Assembly: GCF_009914755.1 (NCBI RefSeq) | Contig: NC_060939.1 | DNA from: the human T2T-CHM13v2.0 reference genome, Homo sapiens | DNA length: 64,000 nt | Reading direction: 5' to 3' (one strand) | Notes under the pieces: generated by a model | The model's database searches: none | Seen by the model: only the letters and a program-made list of their open reading frames with translations | Told to the model about the DNA's origin: nothing | Part shown: positions 28,665-41,640 of the stretch, piece after piece | How positions within the stretch are numbered: the first letter of the stretch is position 1 | Layout of the letters: each line of letters opens with the position of its first letter | Program-made: the position numbers and the translations under genes

Positions 28665-28980
28665 TTCTTTCTTTCTCTCTCTCTCTCTCTTTAATTTTGA
28701 GACAGGATCTCATTCTGTCACCCAGGCAGGAATGCAGTAGTGCAATCATGGCTCACTGCAGGCTCAACCTCCCCAGGGCTCAAGTGATCCTCCCACCTTA
28801 GCCTCCTGAGTATCTGGGACTACCAGCATGTGTCATACCCAGCTAGTTTTTCTTTATTTCTTGTAGAGAAGGGGTTTCACCACATTGCCCAGGCTGATCA
28901 TGAACTCCTGAGCTCAAAAGATCTGCCTACCACAGCCTCTCCAAGTGCTGGGATTACAGTCATGAGGCATCGTACCCAGA
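28665..28980 (-). mobile_element. AluJ SINE with a (CT)n tail
   Basis: ATCATGGCTCACTGCAGG..GGCTCAAGTGATCCTCCCACC..AACTCCTGAGCTCAA. Confidence 0.92.
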
Positions 28981-29131
28981 TGCTTTTCTTCTCTAAAGCC
29001 TTGGCTCAGAAAAGATTCATTGCTCATTTTCTGAATCCCAATCCTAATTTAGTCAGTATGTTACCACTTTCCTAATAATGGCTTTTTGTTATATTTGTGA
29101 TTGCCAGTCTTACCATGTTATATAAACTCTT

Positions 29132-29199
29132 GGGAGGGAGGGAGGGAGGGAGGGGGGAAGGACGGAAGGAAGGAAGGAAGGAAGGAAGGAAGGAAGGAA
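29132..29199. repeat. (GGGA)5-G6 followed by a (GGAA)9 microsatellite
   Basis: Read directly: GGGA x5 at 29132-29151; GGAA x9 at 29164-29199. Confidence 0.95.
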
Positions 29200-29662
29200 A
29201 TTGTTTCTCATGTCACCTATAGCATATACTGTAACAGATAATTTTGTGGATTCCTAGGGACTGAGTTTGTGTGCTCTGCACACACGGGTAGGAATAGGTT
29301 CTAGTGTTCAGATGAAGTTCCCGCCTGTCTTTAATCAATCCAGCAGTCAGTGGTCATGAAGAGTAGTAGCAAAAAGACATGGGCACAGGTGCTTTGATCT
29401 CTGCCAGAAACTTGATTCCTTTGCTCTGAACTCAGGAATTGTAAAGAAAGAGGATCAGATTCCTGGGGAAGATTTTCTTCCTGTGGCATTGCCAGAAAAG
29501 AAAGGTTTTAATATTCAAATGAAGAGCTTCCTTAAATAAATAAACACGTTTCTCTCTAAAAGAGAAGTAAAAGAAACAAAGAGCTGTGGGAGAAAGAAAT
29601 CGAATTTTCAGGGCACAACAGAAAGCATGTGTTGACAATTTTGATAAACTATCCCCAGGATG

Positions 29663-30069
29663 GTATCGGTCAGGATAGGTTCGATTCTGCTGTGGTAGCA
29701 AACAACTCCAAAATGTTATGGCTTAAAACAACAACATTTATTTCCTGTCATGCTACATACCCAACTGTGTTGGCTGGGGGTTCTGCTCAGCATCACCCTA
29801 ATTCAAGGTCAAGGATGACAACACAGCCACTCTCTGGAATGCTGTGGGTCACTGGGGCAGAGGGAAAAGAAAGCCCTAGAGTGTTGTGCACTGGCAAAGA
29901 GATGCTCCAGCCCCAAAGGGTCACATTTTCCTTCAGCACACAGCTTATTGGCTGGAACTAATCACATGATCCCATATAAATCCAGTAACTCCAGCAAGAG
30001 CTTTTTTCCCTGCTGCTTGGTAGGTAGAGACCTGGGAATTTTTGGTGAATTACAGTAATGACTATCACA
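29663..30069 (-). mobile_element. MLT1I-like MaLR solo LTR
   Basis: GTCAGGATAGG..GCAAACAACTCCAAAAT..GGCTTAAAACAAC..TTGGCTGGAACTAATCACATG..TAATGACTATCACA. Confidence 0.75.
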
Positions 30070-30564
30070 AGGGTAAACCTTCACACTTACAAGGTGTTTT
30101 CGGTTGGATTTCTTTTCAGAAGCAGCAGCTCTAAGAAGAAAGCTCCCAAGTAAAAACATAGTGTTTTTTCTACTTTTCTCTGGCTGCTTCCCACAACAGT
30201 GTTAATGAGTTCATGATCATTCCTGATCTGGGATTATCCCATCATTATAACCTGCCCTGTATTTCCAAATAAAAGCTACTAGGTGTCAATCTGGCCTAGG
30301 TTAATAGAATTTATAACTGTACTGCCTGAGACATGATGTGTTGAGCTACTGTACCCTGTCGAGAAGGATCCATCATCTTTATTCTGGCTAACTTGTGTCA
30401 CTTTTATGCCGCATTACCCATACTACTCTTAGCTTGTTCTTATTTGCTCACTTTGGAACATGGCCGACAACTACTTAAGTCAATTTGTACCTGATTCCAT
30501 TGGCTGTCTGACATTACTCTCTGAGGTGGTTGACCAGTCAGTCAGAATGGACCATTCTTCCCTC

Positions 30565-30758
<194 letters not shown>

Positions 30759-31146
30759 TGATGCTCTTTTTATAAGGGTCTATCCTGTGAATTCTTTGCA
30801 AATACCTGTGAACATAGTTCTTGAATCCTGATTTATCTGATATCTCAAATAGTCAGAAATCATAATTATGACAATTGTTTCTCTAGCCCTAATATATGCT
30901 ATGGCTAGAAATAGAATACTAACAACTCAAATATTTAAATGTTAAACTTCAAATTAAGAGATTAATATTTATTGAAGGAATATTCTCTTTCTTAATCAGA
31001 AGTATTCCTATAGGAAAGGCAGAATGATTTCACTTTCATATGTAAGAAGTGAGTCTTGATAAATTCAACGCACTTTGAAATGCAAATCTAATTCATTCAG
31101 TAATAGTCTTTAGGGAGTACAATGGAGGCACAGTTTGTTAAGTGCA

Positions 31147-32085
31147 CTTAACAGAGACTCCGAGTCGCCTAATGCAAATCTATTTTTTCTGTCCACCTTA
31201 AAAACAAGACTCCATATCTGAGGTGGAAGCAATGAACCAATATAAAAGACCACATTTTCTAACCACTTAGAATGAGGTATAGCCATATTTTAGCCAAAGC
31301 ATTCAGTACCCCACCTATATTCCCCTGAACTCTTCAATGTGCTTCAATAGCCAAAGATCCACACTTCTGTGGTGGCAACATCTTTTCCCAACACAGTTGA
31401 AGGCCACTGCCTGCATGTGACAAACTAGAGATTCTAGTTAACACAGTCAGGAGTAACCCTCAATTAATGACTCCCCAGAATTGGTGTACAAACACTCAGC
31501 TTTCTCACCCCTTGGGTGGGAGAATTTAAAGGTGTATATTTTGTTCCACTGCCCAGAATTTACTTGCCAATTATGCTCCAAATATCTGCTTTGATTGCTG
31601 GCAGAATAGTAAAGCATTTTTTTTTTTGGCTACTTTCTGTTTACTATACAATTCCTTATTTCTCCACCAGTGTTCCCTACACCTCCCACATAAACTACTT
31701 AGAAGCACTTGAATCCCTGTCTCGGGGTCTGATTCTGGGATAAATGTGCCTAAGACAGAAATGTAAGAAGTACATGAAACTTCCAACAATTCTCATTAAA
31801 ATGAAAGGCTACACCCTTTGTCATCCTTCTCTTTATCCTATGCTCTAGAACATAGATGTAACTTTTGGAGCTCTATAAACATCTTGGGCCATCAGGATGA
31901 GGGTCACATCTGTGTAAGGAAAGAGCTGAGAAGTAGAAGAAGCCCCAAGCCATGACAACCATTGAGCCTCTTTGCTGGGTCTTGACTTCTCACCTCCAGA
32001 ACCATTCCATGTGAAAGAGAACTAAAAGTCTATCTTATTCAAATCACAATTATTTCATTTCTAAAATTAACCCGAACTCATATAT
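31147..32085 (+). mobile_element. MLT1J-like LTR split by an LTR16-like element
   Basis: AAAAGACCACATTTTCT..TAGCCAA | GAAATGTAAG..CATCTTGGGCCATCAGG..TGTGAAAGAGAA..TCTTATTCAAATCAC. Confidence 0.6.
31297..31757 (+). mobile_element. LTR16-like ERVL solo LTR
   Basis: CCCTCAATTAATGAC..TTGGTGTACAAACACTCAGC..CACCTCCCACATAAACTACTT..CACTTGAATCCCTGTCTCGGGGTCTG..CTAAGACA. Confidence 0.75.
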
Positions 32086-33169
32086 AGAGAAAAAAAAACT
32101 TACTTCTTTCAATTGTATTTGGGGAGTCTTTTATGAGTTTGAAAATAACCACTAGAGTATGAAAGAATGGTTCATTCAGGGTCAGAATTCACCGGGCTGT
32201 GATCACATAGACAGACTCAGGCTTTATGAACTATAAAAATCTCAAAGGAACCCACCTCCTGGGACAGAGCTCAGCTCTCCCTGCATACCCAACCCACCTA
32301 GATTCCAATCCTGCCTATCCCAGATACATCCATTGCTCTTCCAGGTAGAGGGCAATGGTCTAGGTCTGGTCTCCCTGTGGAATCCTCCATTCTGGTCCAT
32401 TGTTGACTTTTCTGTCTTTTCTCTGCTCATGCCTTAGCATAAAAATCAGATAGTATTAGAAAAAATTATGGCACAAACATTTGTATTTCTTCTTCATGTA
32501 TCTTCAGTGTTGTGCCTGTTTCTGTATTGTTATTTTCTTAGGATCAGCCCCTTGGGATAAAGTTTGTGCTTTGCATTTGTTCTGAAAACCAGTTGTAGGA
32601 GAGCAACTAATGAGAACAATGCTCTGCTGGGACCTGCACTGCCTAGAGTGTGGAAAGAGAATTGTGCATTTGTGCATGCAACCTCTGCCTGGGGAGGAAG
32701 AACCACTGCTCCTAATATGTCACCTAGGTCTCCCAGCACAAGGCTTACACAGCTCCAAAGGATAATGACCCATGGAAAGCCTATGGACCACTTCCCCATT
32801 GGACCAAATGCTCATCAGATTATCTACCCCAGCTCTTCACCTCAGGGTCCTGGACACATACACAGAGCAAGACATTCATTCACAGGACATGGGAAGGGGA
32901 AAGGGTGTTGCCTCTGAGCCAGCCCCACCGGGGCCTCAGGATAGATTTTTTTTTTTTCATTGTAGTTTTCCAGTTCTAGAAACAGGGAGCTTCTATTTCC
33001 TGAAGGGCACAGAGGTTGCCTCCAGATCAGAGAAACCTTCTGACCAATTGTAGTTCTGGAACTTTCTGATGCTTATCCTATAGGGAATATAAACTTGTTT
33101 TTAAGAATATTCAGGATATTACAAAAGAATGAGAAAAAATAGTGTAGAAACAATTATATAAGGTCCTTA

Positions 33170-33345
33170 CCAGGTACCTTACATATACCAAGTACTAGCC
33201 TAATTACTTTATTTGTTATTTCGTCTAATGAGTTTGAAAAGAGGTGTATATTATTATCCTCACTTCCTAGTCAGGATAGACCATAACTGCCAAGTGCGAA
33301 AACTAGGATTTGAACCAAGGTTTGCATGATCCAACACAGATGATA
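33170..33345 (-). mobile_element. MIR fragment
   Basis: ATTATTATCCTCAC..AACTGCCAAG..CTAGGATTTGAACCAAGG. Confidence 0.6.
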
Positions 33346-33989
33346 TATTTATCCTCACTATGAATTCAGGGTCCCCAGTTTGAAATTGGTCAGTACTAAT
33401 TCTAATAAGAAGATATGGCTCCCAGTGTCTGATACAAGGACCCATGGAACACTTCCTAGTCCATCCTGGGATTGGGCAAATACAACAAGAACTACAAACA
33501 GGTAAAAGGTATTTGTTCCAAGCAGCTGATTAGGTTAAGGAAAAAAAAAAAAAAGCAAAAAACAGAGATGAGTTTTAGAGGTTGCGACTGAGCAGAAAAC
33601 CTAAGCTTTGAGGAAAATGTCAAGTATTCAATAGTAAAAGCCTTACTTTACTTTTAGGTTACAAGGCTGTGGAAACATTTCCTTAAGTATTTTAGCCAGT
33701 TTCCTCATCTTGCCAGCCAGCTGAATTACCCAACAACTCACTTAAGCCATGAGATATACCTGCCCACTCCTGTCCTCTTCTGGCTTCAGTGAGACCTTGG
33801 CTCATTATGTGCTGACTTAGATTTGTCTTGATTCCTTACCTACCAATGATAAATGTGAGCATAAGACCAATTTTAATGGTGTGACTCTAGACCAGCTATT
33901 CTGACAGGCTGAGGTATAGTATGTAGCAGGGCAATAAGCAAACTTGTCCCATGGATGTGAGGATCTTAAAGTCAAGTAACTATAGAGCT

Positions 33990-34225
33990 ACAGTTATAGA
34001 AAGTGGACTTAGGGTCAGAAAACCTGGAAGTAACTTCTGATGTTACCATGGGTGGTTCTGTAATCTTTGACAAGTCACATAGATTTTATGATGATCATTT
34101 TTTTAAAGATATAAAAATGAGGATAGGAACAAGCCAAATACAATAATTTTTTGTGAATTAGATGAGGTGATGTCGATGGATGAGTTTTATAAACTTTGGA
34201 GCATGATATAACTGTATAGTATTAT
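33990..34225 (+). mobile_element. MIR
   Basis: GGACTTAGGGTCAGAAAACCTGG..TTTGACAAGTCAC..ATAAAAATGAGGATA. Confidence 0.6.
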
Positions 34226-35285
34226 TTGTAAAATTACTAGGCATGAGTGGCTCAGTCAGTGGCAGTCCCAGGAGCCTGCAGCCAGAATCCCTTCCCACTA
34301 CTCTAGCTGGGGAAGCCAGGGTTCTGGTACTATTAGAGAGTGTGCCAAAGATGAGGTCAGAAGAATATTTCTGAAAGAGGATCATGCAATCAGTATAATC
34401 TACCACAGGATCTGAACGTGCACCTAAGTCTGCAAGATCCAAGGGCATTGAGAGCCAGAGACAAGGAATTGCCATGTGATTCTAGGCAGAAAGCTGTTTA
34501 GCAGAAGGAAGCAATTGCATTTTTGTGTTTTCAGCAGAGTATCACATGTAGGTGACTGACTCATTTAAAGGGTGAATTGGAGTCTATATGTGGATTATTT
34601 CTATTTTGTAATGGAAAACGAAACCCAAATCAATCTGAAGCCAGAAGGTGTAAGGTAATGTCCAAAATTATATAAAGATCAGGGAAAAGATATTCAGATA
34701 ATGCCAACTTTAAGTACCAAACACAGCCCTGAGTGCTGTATGAACAGGATAGTATGACAAAATCCTGCTGTTTCTGGAATGTACAATTAGGGGAATATGA
34801 CAAGTCTACAAATAATCATCACGTGAAACAAAGAACAAACGTCAGAAAAAAGATGCCAAGTGCTCCAAGGAGCAGGGTGAGAAAGTCACTTTGGTGGTTT
34901 GAAGACTGATCAAAAAAGTATCTATAAAGGAAACCACATTTGAAATGTGTTAGAATTGGACAGATATAGCTAAGGGCAAAGTGGCAAGCCCTCCAGGAAG
35001 ACAGAATTATCAGGACTAAATATCAAAGCTAGGGATCTGGAAGGAAGGAGCAGCCTGACTCATCTGGTTTCTGTGGGAGAAGTGCAAGACAAGTCATGAA
35101 AGATTACTCAAGATCAGAACTTTGAAGACCAAGTTCTGAACATGGCCCGCGATTTGGCAAATACTTAGTCATTGAATGCTGAAGAGCAGGGACATCTTCA
35201 GATCACTTCTCTCCAAAAATGTGTGACTATTAACATTCTTGGCAATATTACTTCCATTATTTAGATTACTTTTATTGGTCACTAC

Positions 35286-35905
35286 TGATGGTAGCCAACC
35301 TCCAAGATGGTCTTCAGTGATCTCTTACTCCTAGTATTTATGCCCTTGTGTGAACTCTCCCATATTGTATCAGGGTTGGTCTGCATTGCCAGCAGGATAT
35401 GGCAGTAGTGATGGTTTGTCACTTCTGAGTTCAGGTTATAAAAGACTTTGTACACTTTTGTACACTCGTGTGTGCGTATCTCCCTGTTCTGTTCTTCTAT
35501 TTCTGTGTGTGTGTGTGTGTGTGTGTTTGCGTGTGTACATGGGTCTTTCATCATTTGCTTTAGAGGAAACCCTCTAAAGCCATGTATGAGCTGCCCTGCG
35601 GTGGAGCCTGTAGGTCATGAGGAACTGAGGCCTCCAGCCAACATCCAGAGAGAAACCCAGGCCTTGTGGCCACAGTCACATGAGTGATCTTGGGACAAGG
35701 TCCTTCAGTGCAGGGCAGTATTCATATGAGGTGGCCCTGGCCAACTTCTTGACTACAACTCATGAGAGACCTTGAGCCAGAACCACGCAGTGGAGCGACT
35801 GCTGGATACCTCACCCTCAGAAACTGTGGGAGATAATAAATGATTGTTGGTTTTATCCACTACATTTTAGAATAATTTGTTACACAGCAATAGATAACTA
35901 ATATA
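35286..35905 (+). mobile_element. MLT1F-like MaLR solo LTR containing a (TG)n microsatellite at about 35504-35526
   Basis: GCCAACCTCCAAGATGG..GGTTATAAAAGAC..GAGGAACTGAGGCCTCC..CAGCAATAGATAACTAATATA. Confidence 0.88.
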
Positions 35906-36031
35906 CTCCATCATTCAACAAATATTTACTTATTCAGTATCTACCTGTTTCAAGAATTATATAGTTAGTTGAATAATTATTACAACTCAAGGCTTCTTGT
36001 TTTCAGATAGGATCATATTGAACTACTTTAA

Positions 36032-36361
<330 letters not shown>

Positions 36362-36569
36362 TAAATAAATTATTTTCCTAGTTTCCAGCCTTCCCATGTT
36401 TTCAGCCATCTTTCATTTTGGCACATTTCCTTCCTGTATCCTACCCTCCTTCTACTGGCTAACCCCAAAGTATCCATTGCTTAAATTTAATTTCTTTTTA
36501 GAGAACTTTCCTGATATCTACAGAGAAGAGGGACTCTCTGGAATGATTCCTTTTAGCACATACTGTATC

Positions 36570-36705
36570 AAATTCTCTTGCTAATTGTCATCTTCCCTGT
36601 TAGTTTATAAGCTCCATGACTGTGGTTGTCCTGTCCACTGATGTATCCTTAGTATCCAGCATAGTGCCTGGCACAAGATAACAATCCTCATACACATTTA
36701 TGTAT

Positions 36706-36751
<46 letters not shown>

Positions 36752-36765
36752 ATTCAGCAAGTGTA
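36570..36765 (+). mobile_element. L2 3' end carrying a (CA)n(GA)n microsatellite at about 36706-36748
   Basis: TAAGCTCCATGA..CACTGATGTATCC..AGCATAGTGCCTGGCACA. Confidence 0.75.
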
Positions 36766-38614
36766 ATGGATGGTCACAAATTATCTGGAGTGAGCCTCAC
36801 CTTGCCCAGTCCTTCCAGCTATGCTTGAGAATAGAAGATATTTCTCATGCAGGTCTCTGATGCTCTGATCCATAGTAATCCAAAGATGTCTTGGTCACAT
36901 AAAGGTCCAGTTTAGTGGCCTCATGGTGATATGGACAAAGACATTATCAAGAATAGAATTCTTGACTAGGAAGCATTGAAAGATAGTTTGGGAGCAAGAG
37001 ATCCAACCTTAGAGGAAACAGGCAAGCCACTGATTTCACCTGGTTTGCTTTTGTTATTTTAAAGGGCAAGAGTTTCGTAAGAATGGAACTCTAGAGGAAA
37101 TTTTCATAAACTCTGAGATGGCTTTCGGCACTCAATAGCACTTCATGAGTTTTTCAGGATTTCAGCATGAAAGGGAGGAGCTTTGCCCAGAGGGTCCCAG
37201 TTGCCTGTAGACACATCTTTCCATGACCCTGAGGCTGCACTAGGATTTATATAGCCACACAAAACTGCTCTTAATGGATTTTCTTCCCCATCTTTAAGTT
37301 TTATTCTCCCTTAAGTATCAACATAGGTGTGGTGTTTCAAAGCAATTTGTCCAGAAAGATAAACTTCTGTTGATGTGTTGAGCAAGTGATATTTGTATGT
37401 GCAGGGTTGTGTAGTGTGTGGCGGTGGTAAATAAACACAAGACTCATTTATATCCACTATGGTTTTAACCTGATTCAGGGGCTGAGGTGACCTCTGATTG
37501 TACTTCTTTCTTGCTGCTATGAGAGCAATGGAGGAAAAAGGAAGACAGACACCATATCTCAAGCTTGCACTCAGCCCTGAGTTAAGCTAATTACCATCTA
37601 GAGTTACTGGTTAAGAAAAACACATATTGTCAAGTTGGGGCTTTGAAAGAGAAAACAACGAATATTTCTTTGGACTTCTCCTCTTTTTGACTCAACTAAT
37701 TGGTTCACTTCTCTAATACAATCACTGGAAAGATAGATTTTTCTCCCCACTTTGTAGAATACACTAAAATCTATTTTTCTTTGTGTCCAATAGAGCCAGC
37801 TACTCTCTAATTGTGCCTATAAATGAGTAGACAGTTAAAACATTACGTTGGGAAAGAAGTTTGTTTTTGTTTCTTTTTTTTTTTTCCTCACAGCATTTTG
37901 TGGAAGACTTTTCCTCTCCCCTTTTCTTTTCGTTAGGAAATGAAGCACTACTTAGAACCTTTCACATTTCAAGTAAAAGCTTTCAAAATGAAAGGAAAAA
38001 ATATTTCAAACCTCGGCATTTAAAGTCCATATGGTCTCTATTCATAGTGAACAATTAACGTGTGGTTGGCAACTGTGCTATAGAAACAGACGTGCCCAGC
38101 TTCTACAAACGTGGGTGGATGTCTGATGGCAGATCTAACATTTATGGCCTTCGGTGCATCATTGCCAGAAAGGTGACATGAACAAGAGCTGAGCGTTGAA
38201 GGTGCTTGGATATTTTCAGCCAATGAAACAGGTGGAGGTGTACATGAAACACAGCTACGCAGGTGACATGTAAATTATGAGTATATATTAACATGTGCTG
38301 ACTTAATCCCTATAATCATGTTTTGACTTTTTGAGTAATCATCAATGCAACAAGTTAGGCATTTTATTTTGAATAAAAGTAATGATATTCCAACAGTAAC
38401 TCTAATTCCAAGTTAACCCATTCACTTTAACACATAAGGTGAGAGTACCAAAAGCCAGTCTAATTTACATAGGCCCTGGAAATTCAACCAGATCTAAGCT
38501 GGCCTGGAACATTTATATGCTGGCTCCACCAACAGTCTATTCACATAAGGAACTGGGCACTCCCATGGTCATCACAACATAAAGGAAGAAAAAAATCCAA
38601 GGCACACAATACTT

Positions 38615-38890
38615 GCTGCAAAATAAATGAGAGTTTACTATGTGCCAGGCATTGCTTAAAGAGCTGAGGATATTGAAATAATGGATTATTCTCCCTGGCC
38701 ACCCTGAAGTCACTCAGTGTAGAAACATGCAGTTATTCTTCAGTGTGTTAGGGTCTCTGATGGAGAAAAACATGAGGTAGAAGGTGAATCCAATCCCAAG
38801 GGGGTTAGGTGGGATTATGCTGGAGGTTTTAAACAGAGCCCTGAATATGAGTGGATGTAGAGAAGTAAATAATAGGGAGAAGACGTCCCT
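38615..38890 (-). mobile_element. L2 fragment
   Basis: GAGAGTTTACTATGTGCCAGGCATTG. Confidence 0.55.
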
Positions 38891-39419
38891 GCAAGGTTTT
38901 TCCCTTTTGTCACTCTAGGTTATCCAGTCATGTCTGTGCCTCATCCTTCATATAACAATAACTGCATCACAGGTATAGACTGAGAGCTCTGTTTTCCGCA
39001 GTTATATGGACTCCTGCAGACTGCTTTTGCAACCCTGAAAGAGAAAATGAGGACTTGGCTTTGTTTCTTCTTAGTCCTATGCCATAAGGCAACGTGCCTA
39101 ATTTTGCCCTCTATAGGGTGAAGCGCTGTAAGAAAGGAGTCAGCTGACACAGGGACACTCACAGCAGAAGCATCTTTGCTCAGTCCAGTGGGGACCGTGG
39201 TTTGGCTGCAGTGTGGGAGGTAATGTTCATAGCATTGCTCACATGGAAACCAGCCCTGCTTTTTAATAGCTTCCTCTTGGATTTAAATTTGGTCTAGACC
39301 TTGTTATCCATTTCCAAGTGTTCACACCTGTTTTTACTCTTAGACAATGTCTTTATTCCTCCTTTATTCTGTAACCTACAAGTGCAGCCAGGCATCCCTA
39401 CTCTATCACATGTCCCACC

Positions 39420-40052
39420 TGGGTCAGTGACATTGGCCATGGCTGCCCTAACAAATTACCACAAACTTAGTGGCTTAAAGCAAGACTCATTTATTATCTC
39501 ACAGTTGTGTATGTTAGAACAGAAAGAGGACACACTGGACTAAAATCAAGGTGTCAGCAGGGCTGTGTTCCTTACTAGAGGCTTTGGGTACAAATCCACT
39601 TCCTAACTCTTTCAGGTTGTTGGCAGAATTTAGTTCCATGTTGCAGAACTAAGGTCCCTGTTCCCTTGCTAGCTGTTGGCTCAGGGTCATTCTCAGCATC
39701 TAGAGTCTGCCTAAATCCCTGGATTATGGCCCCATCCATCTCCTAAACTGGGACTCATTGGCCCAGTCCTTCTGATGTGTCAAATCTTTCTGATCTTCTT
39801 TTCTTTATGCTTTTTCTTTCCTGATACTCTTCTGCTGTATCTCTGTTTGCAGCCAAAGACGTTTCTATGCTTTCAAGGGTCCATGTGATTAGATTCAATT
39901 TACTCATATAATCCAGGATAATCTTCCCATTTTAAGGTCAGTAACCTTGATTTTATCTGCAGAGAACTCTTTTACTTTGTAAAGTAACCTGTTTACAAGA
40001 TCAAGAGATTAGGGTATGGACATCTTTGAGAGACATTCTTATGCCTAACACA
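39420..40052 (-). mobile_element. MLT1E-type MaLR solo LTR
   Basis: AACAAATTACCACAAACTTAGTGGCTTAAA..AAAATCAAGGTGTCAGCAGGGCTG..ATAATCCAGGATAATCT..GCCTAACACA. Confidence 0.88.
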
Positions 40053-41339
40053 TCCCCAATTTTGGAAATCAGACAGTTGGAACATCCAAGCTCCTAGGTC
40101 CTGCTGGAATTACTAAAAATGTCCTGAACAAAATGTGTATGACTTTTTCTCTGGTAATATTTCAAGTTTGCAACATGCTTTGGCAAACTATTATGAAGAT
40201 GAGCAAGATATGTTTGAAAAGCCGCTAGCCTAGAGCCTGGCACAAACTCAGTTCTCAGAATATATTAATTTCCTTTTCCCATTCTTGCACTTGGCATTCC
40301 CAGAGAGAGTACCATGGTGTGACTTTGAAGTTATAAAACTGATCCTACAAGCTGCACTCACAAATCAGCCTCAAGATTATTATAGCGTGGCACAGACAGA
40401 AGAGTATAACAAATTCAAGCTGAGCATCAAGATTCTATCAATCCTATTAGTTACTTGGCTGAAAGTAATGTTTTTCTCCTTAAGTTCTGAAAACCCATAT
40501 ATTATCTATCTATAAGGTTATAGGATGTAAATAGTGACTTGATGGCCTCAGAGAAGAAGGAAGGCCCAAGTTAATTGGCTTCTTACCAAATAATACCTCC
40601 TTGTCCTTAAGTCCCCCATAAATCAGATATATTAGGAGAAGAAAGAATTTCTTCTTTCCTCATCCCTAATATACCCATGTAAGCCTGGAATTCCCCTTTC
40701 TTTCGTTTTGGCCTAAGTCATACCTATTCTTAACTCTATACCTACATTTTGGAAAAATAAAACACACACAAACACTCATGTACACACACCCTTTCTCTGA
40801 TAGATTCTGCAATGAATACTTCTTCTGTAAAAGCTCCTTTCCTGTAGATACTACTGTTTATAGTTTATATGTTGATATCAAGTTAGAGGTTCCAGGGTCC
40901 ATGTTAGAGATTCCAAACTTCTCTCCTTCATAATCTATCCCTAAACCCAGCACACAATATATGCTCAATGAATTTCAGATGATGGCATGGTTTGTTGCTG
41001 AAACTTTATGCATTCATCATCTGAACCTCCTAAATGTAATGTAAAAAATTACAATTTATTTTTTTCTAATTAACTTATATCTTAAAATAAAGATCAGGCA
41101 TTTGTGCTACCATTTTCTCTTGTATTCAAAGGGTGGACATCATTCTTGATGTACATTCTACATACTACACGTATTACACAGATACAGAGTCATCTGCAAC
41201 ACAGCCCTCAAAGCAAATCTCCAATCAAACAAAATTGGCAATGCAATAAAACCTATTTGCCAAACCTTACCCAGCATAACACCTAAGATTTTACAAGAAT
41301 GGTAAATATTTATTAAAACGAATGAGTAAACTGTCAGGG

Positions 41340-41640
41340 CTAAGAGCTTAAGAAAACATGACTACTAAGTGGAATGTGAGATCCTAGACAGGATTTTGGA
41401 AGAGAAAGAAGGACTTAGATAACTAAAGAAATCCAAATAAAGCAGACTTCAGTAAATAATAAGGTATAATTATAATAATAATAAATGTACCATACTACAA
41501 TGGTAAACATAATATATGTTACTAATAAGAGAAGCTGTGTGTGCATATATGGGGATTGTCTACTGTCTTCACAATAATTCTCTAAGTCTGAAGCTCTTCA
41601 GAACTAAAAAGGTAACTTAGAAAATTTAAAAGGAAAGAAA
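41340..41640 (+). mobile_element. L1MC/ME-type 3'UTR fragment
   Basis: ACATGACTACTAAGTGGAATGTGAGATCCT..AAATCCAAATAAAG..TAAATGTACCATACT. Confidence 0.7.
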
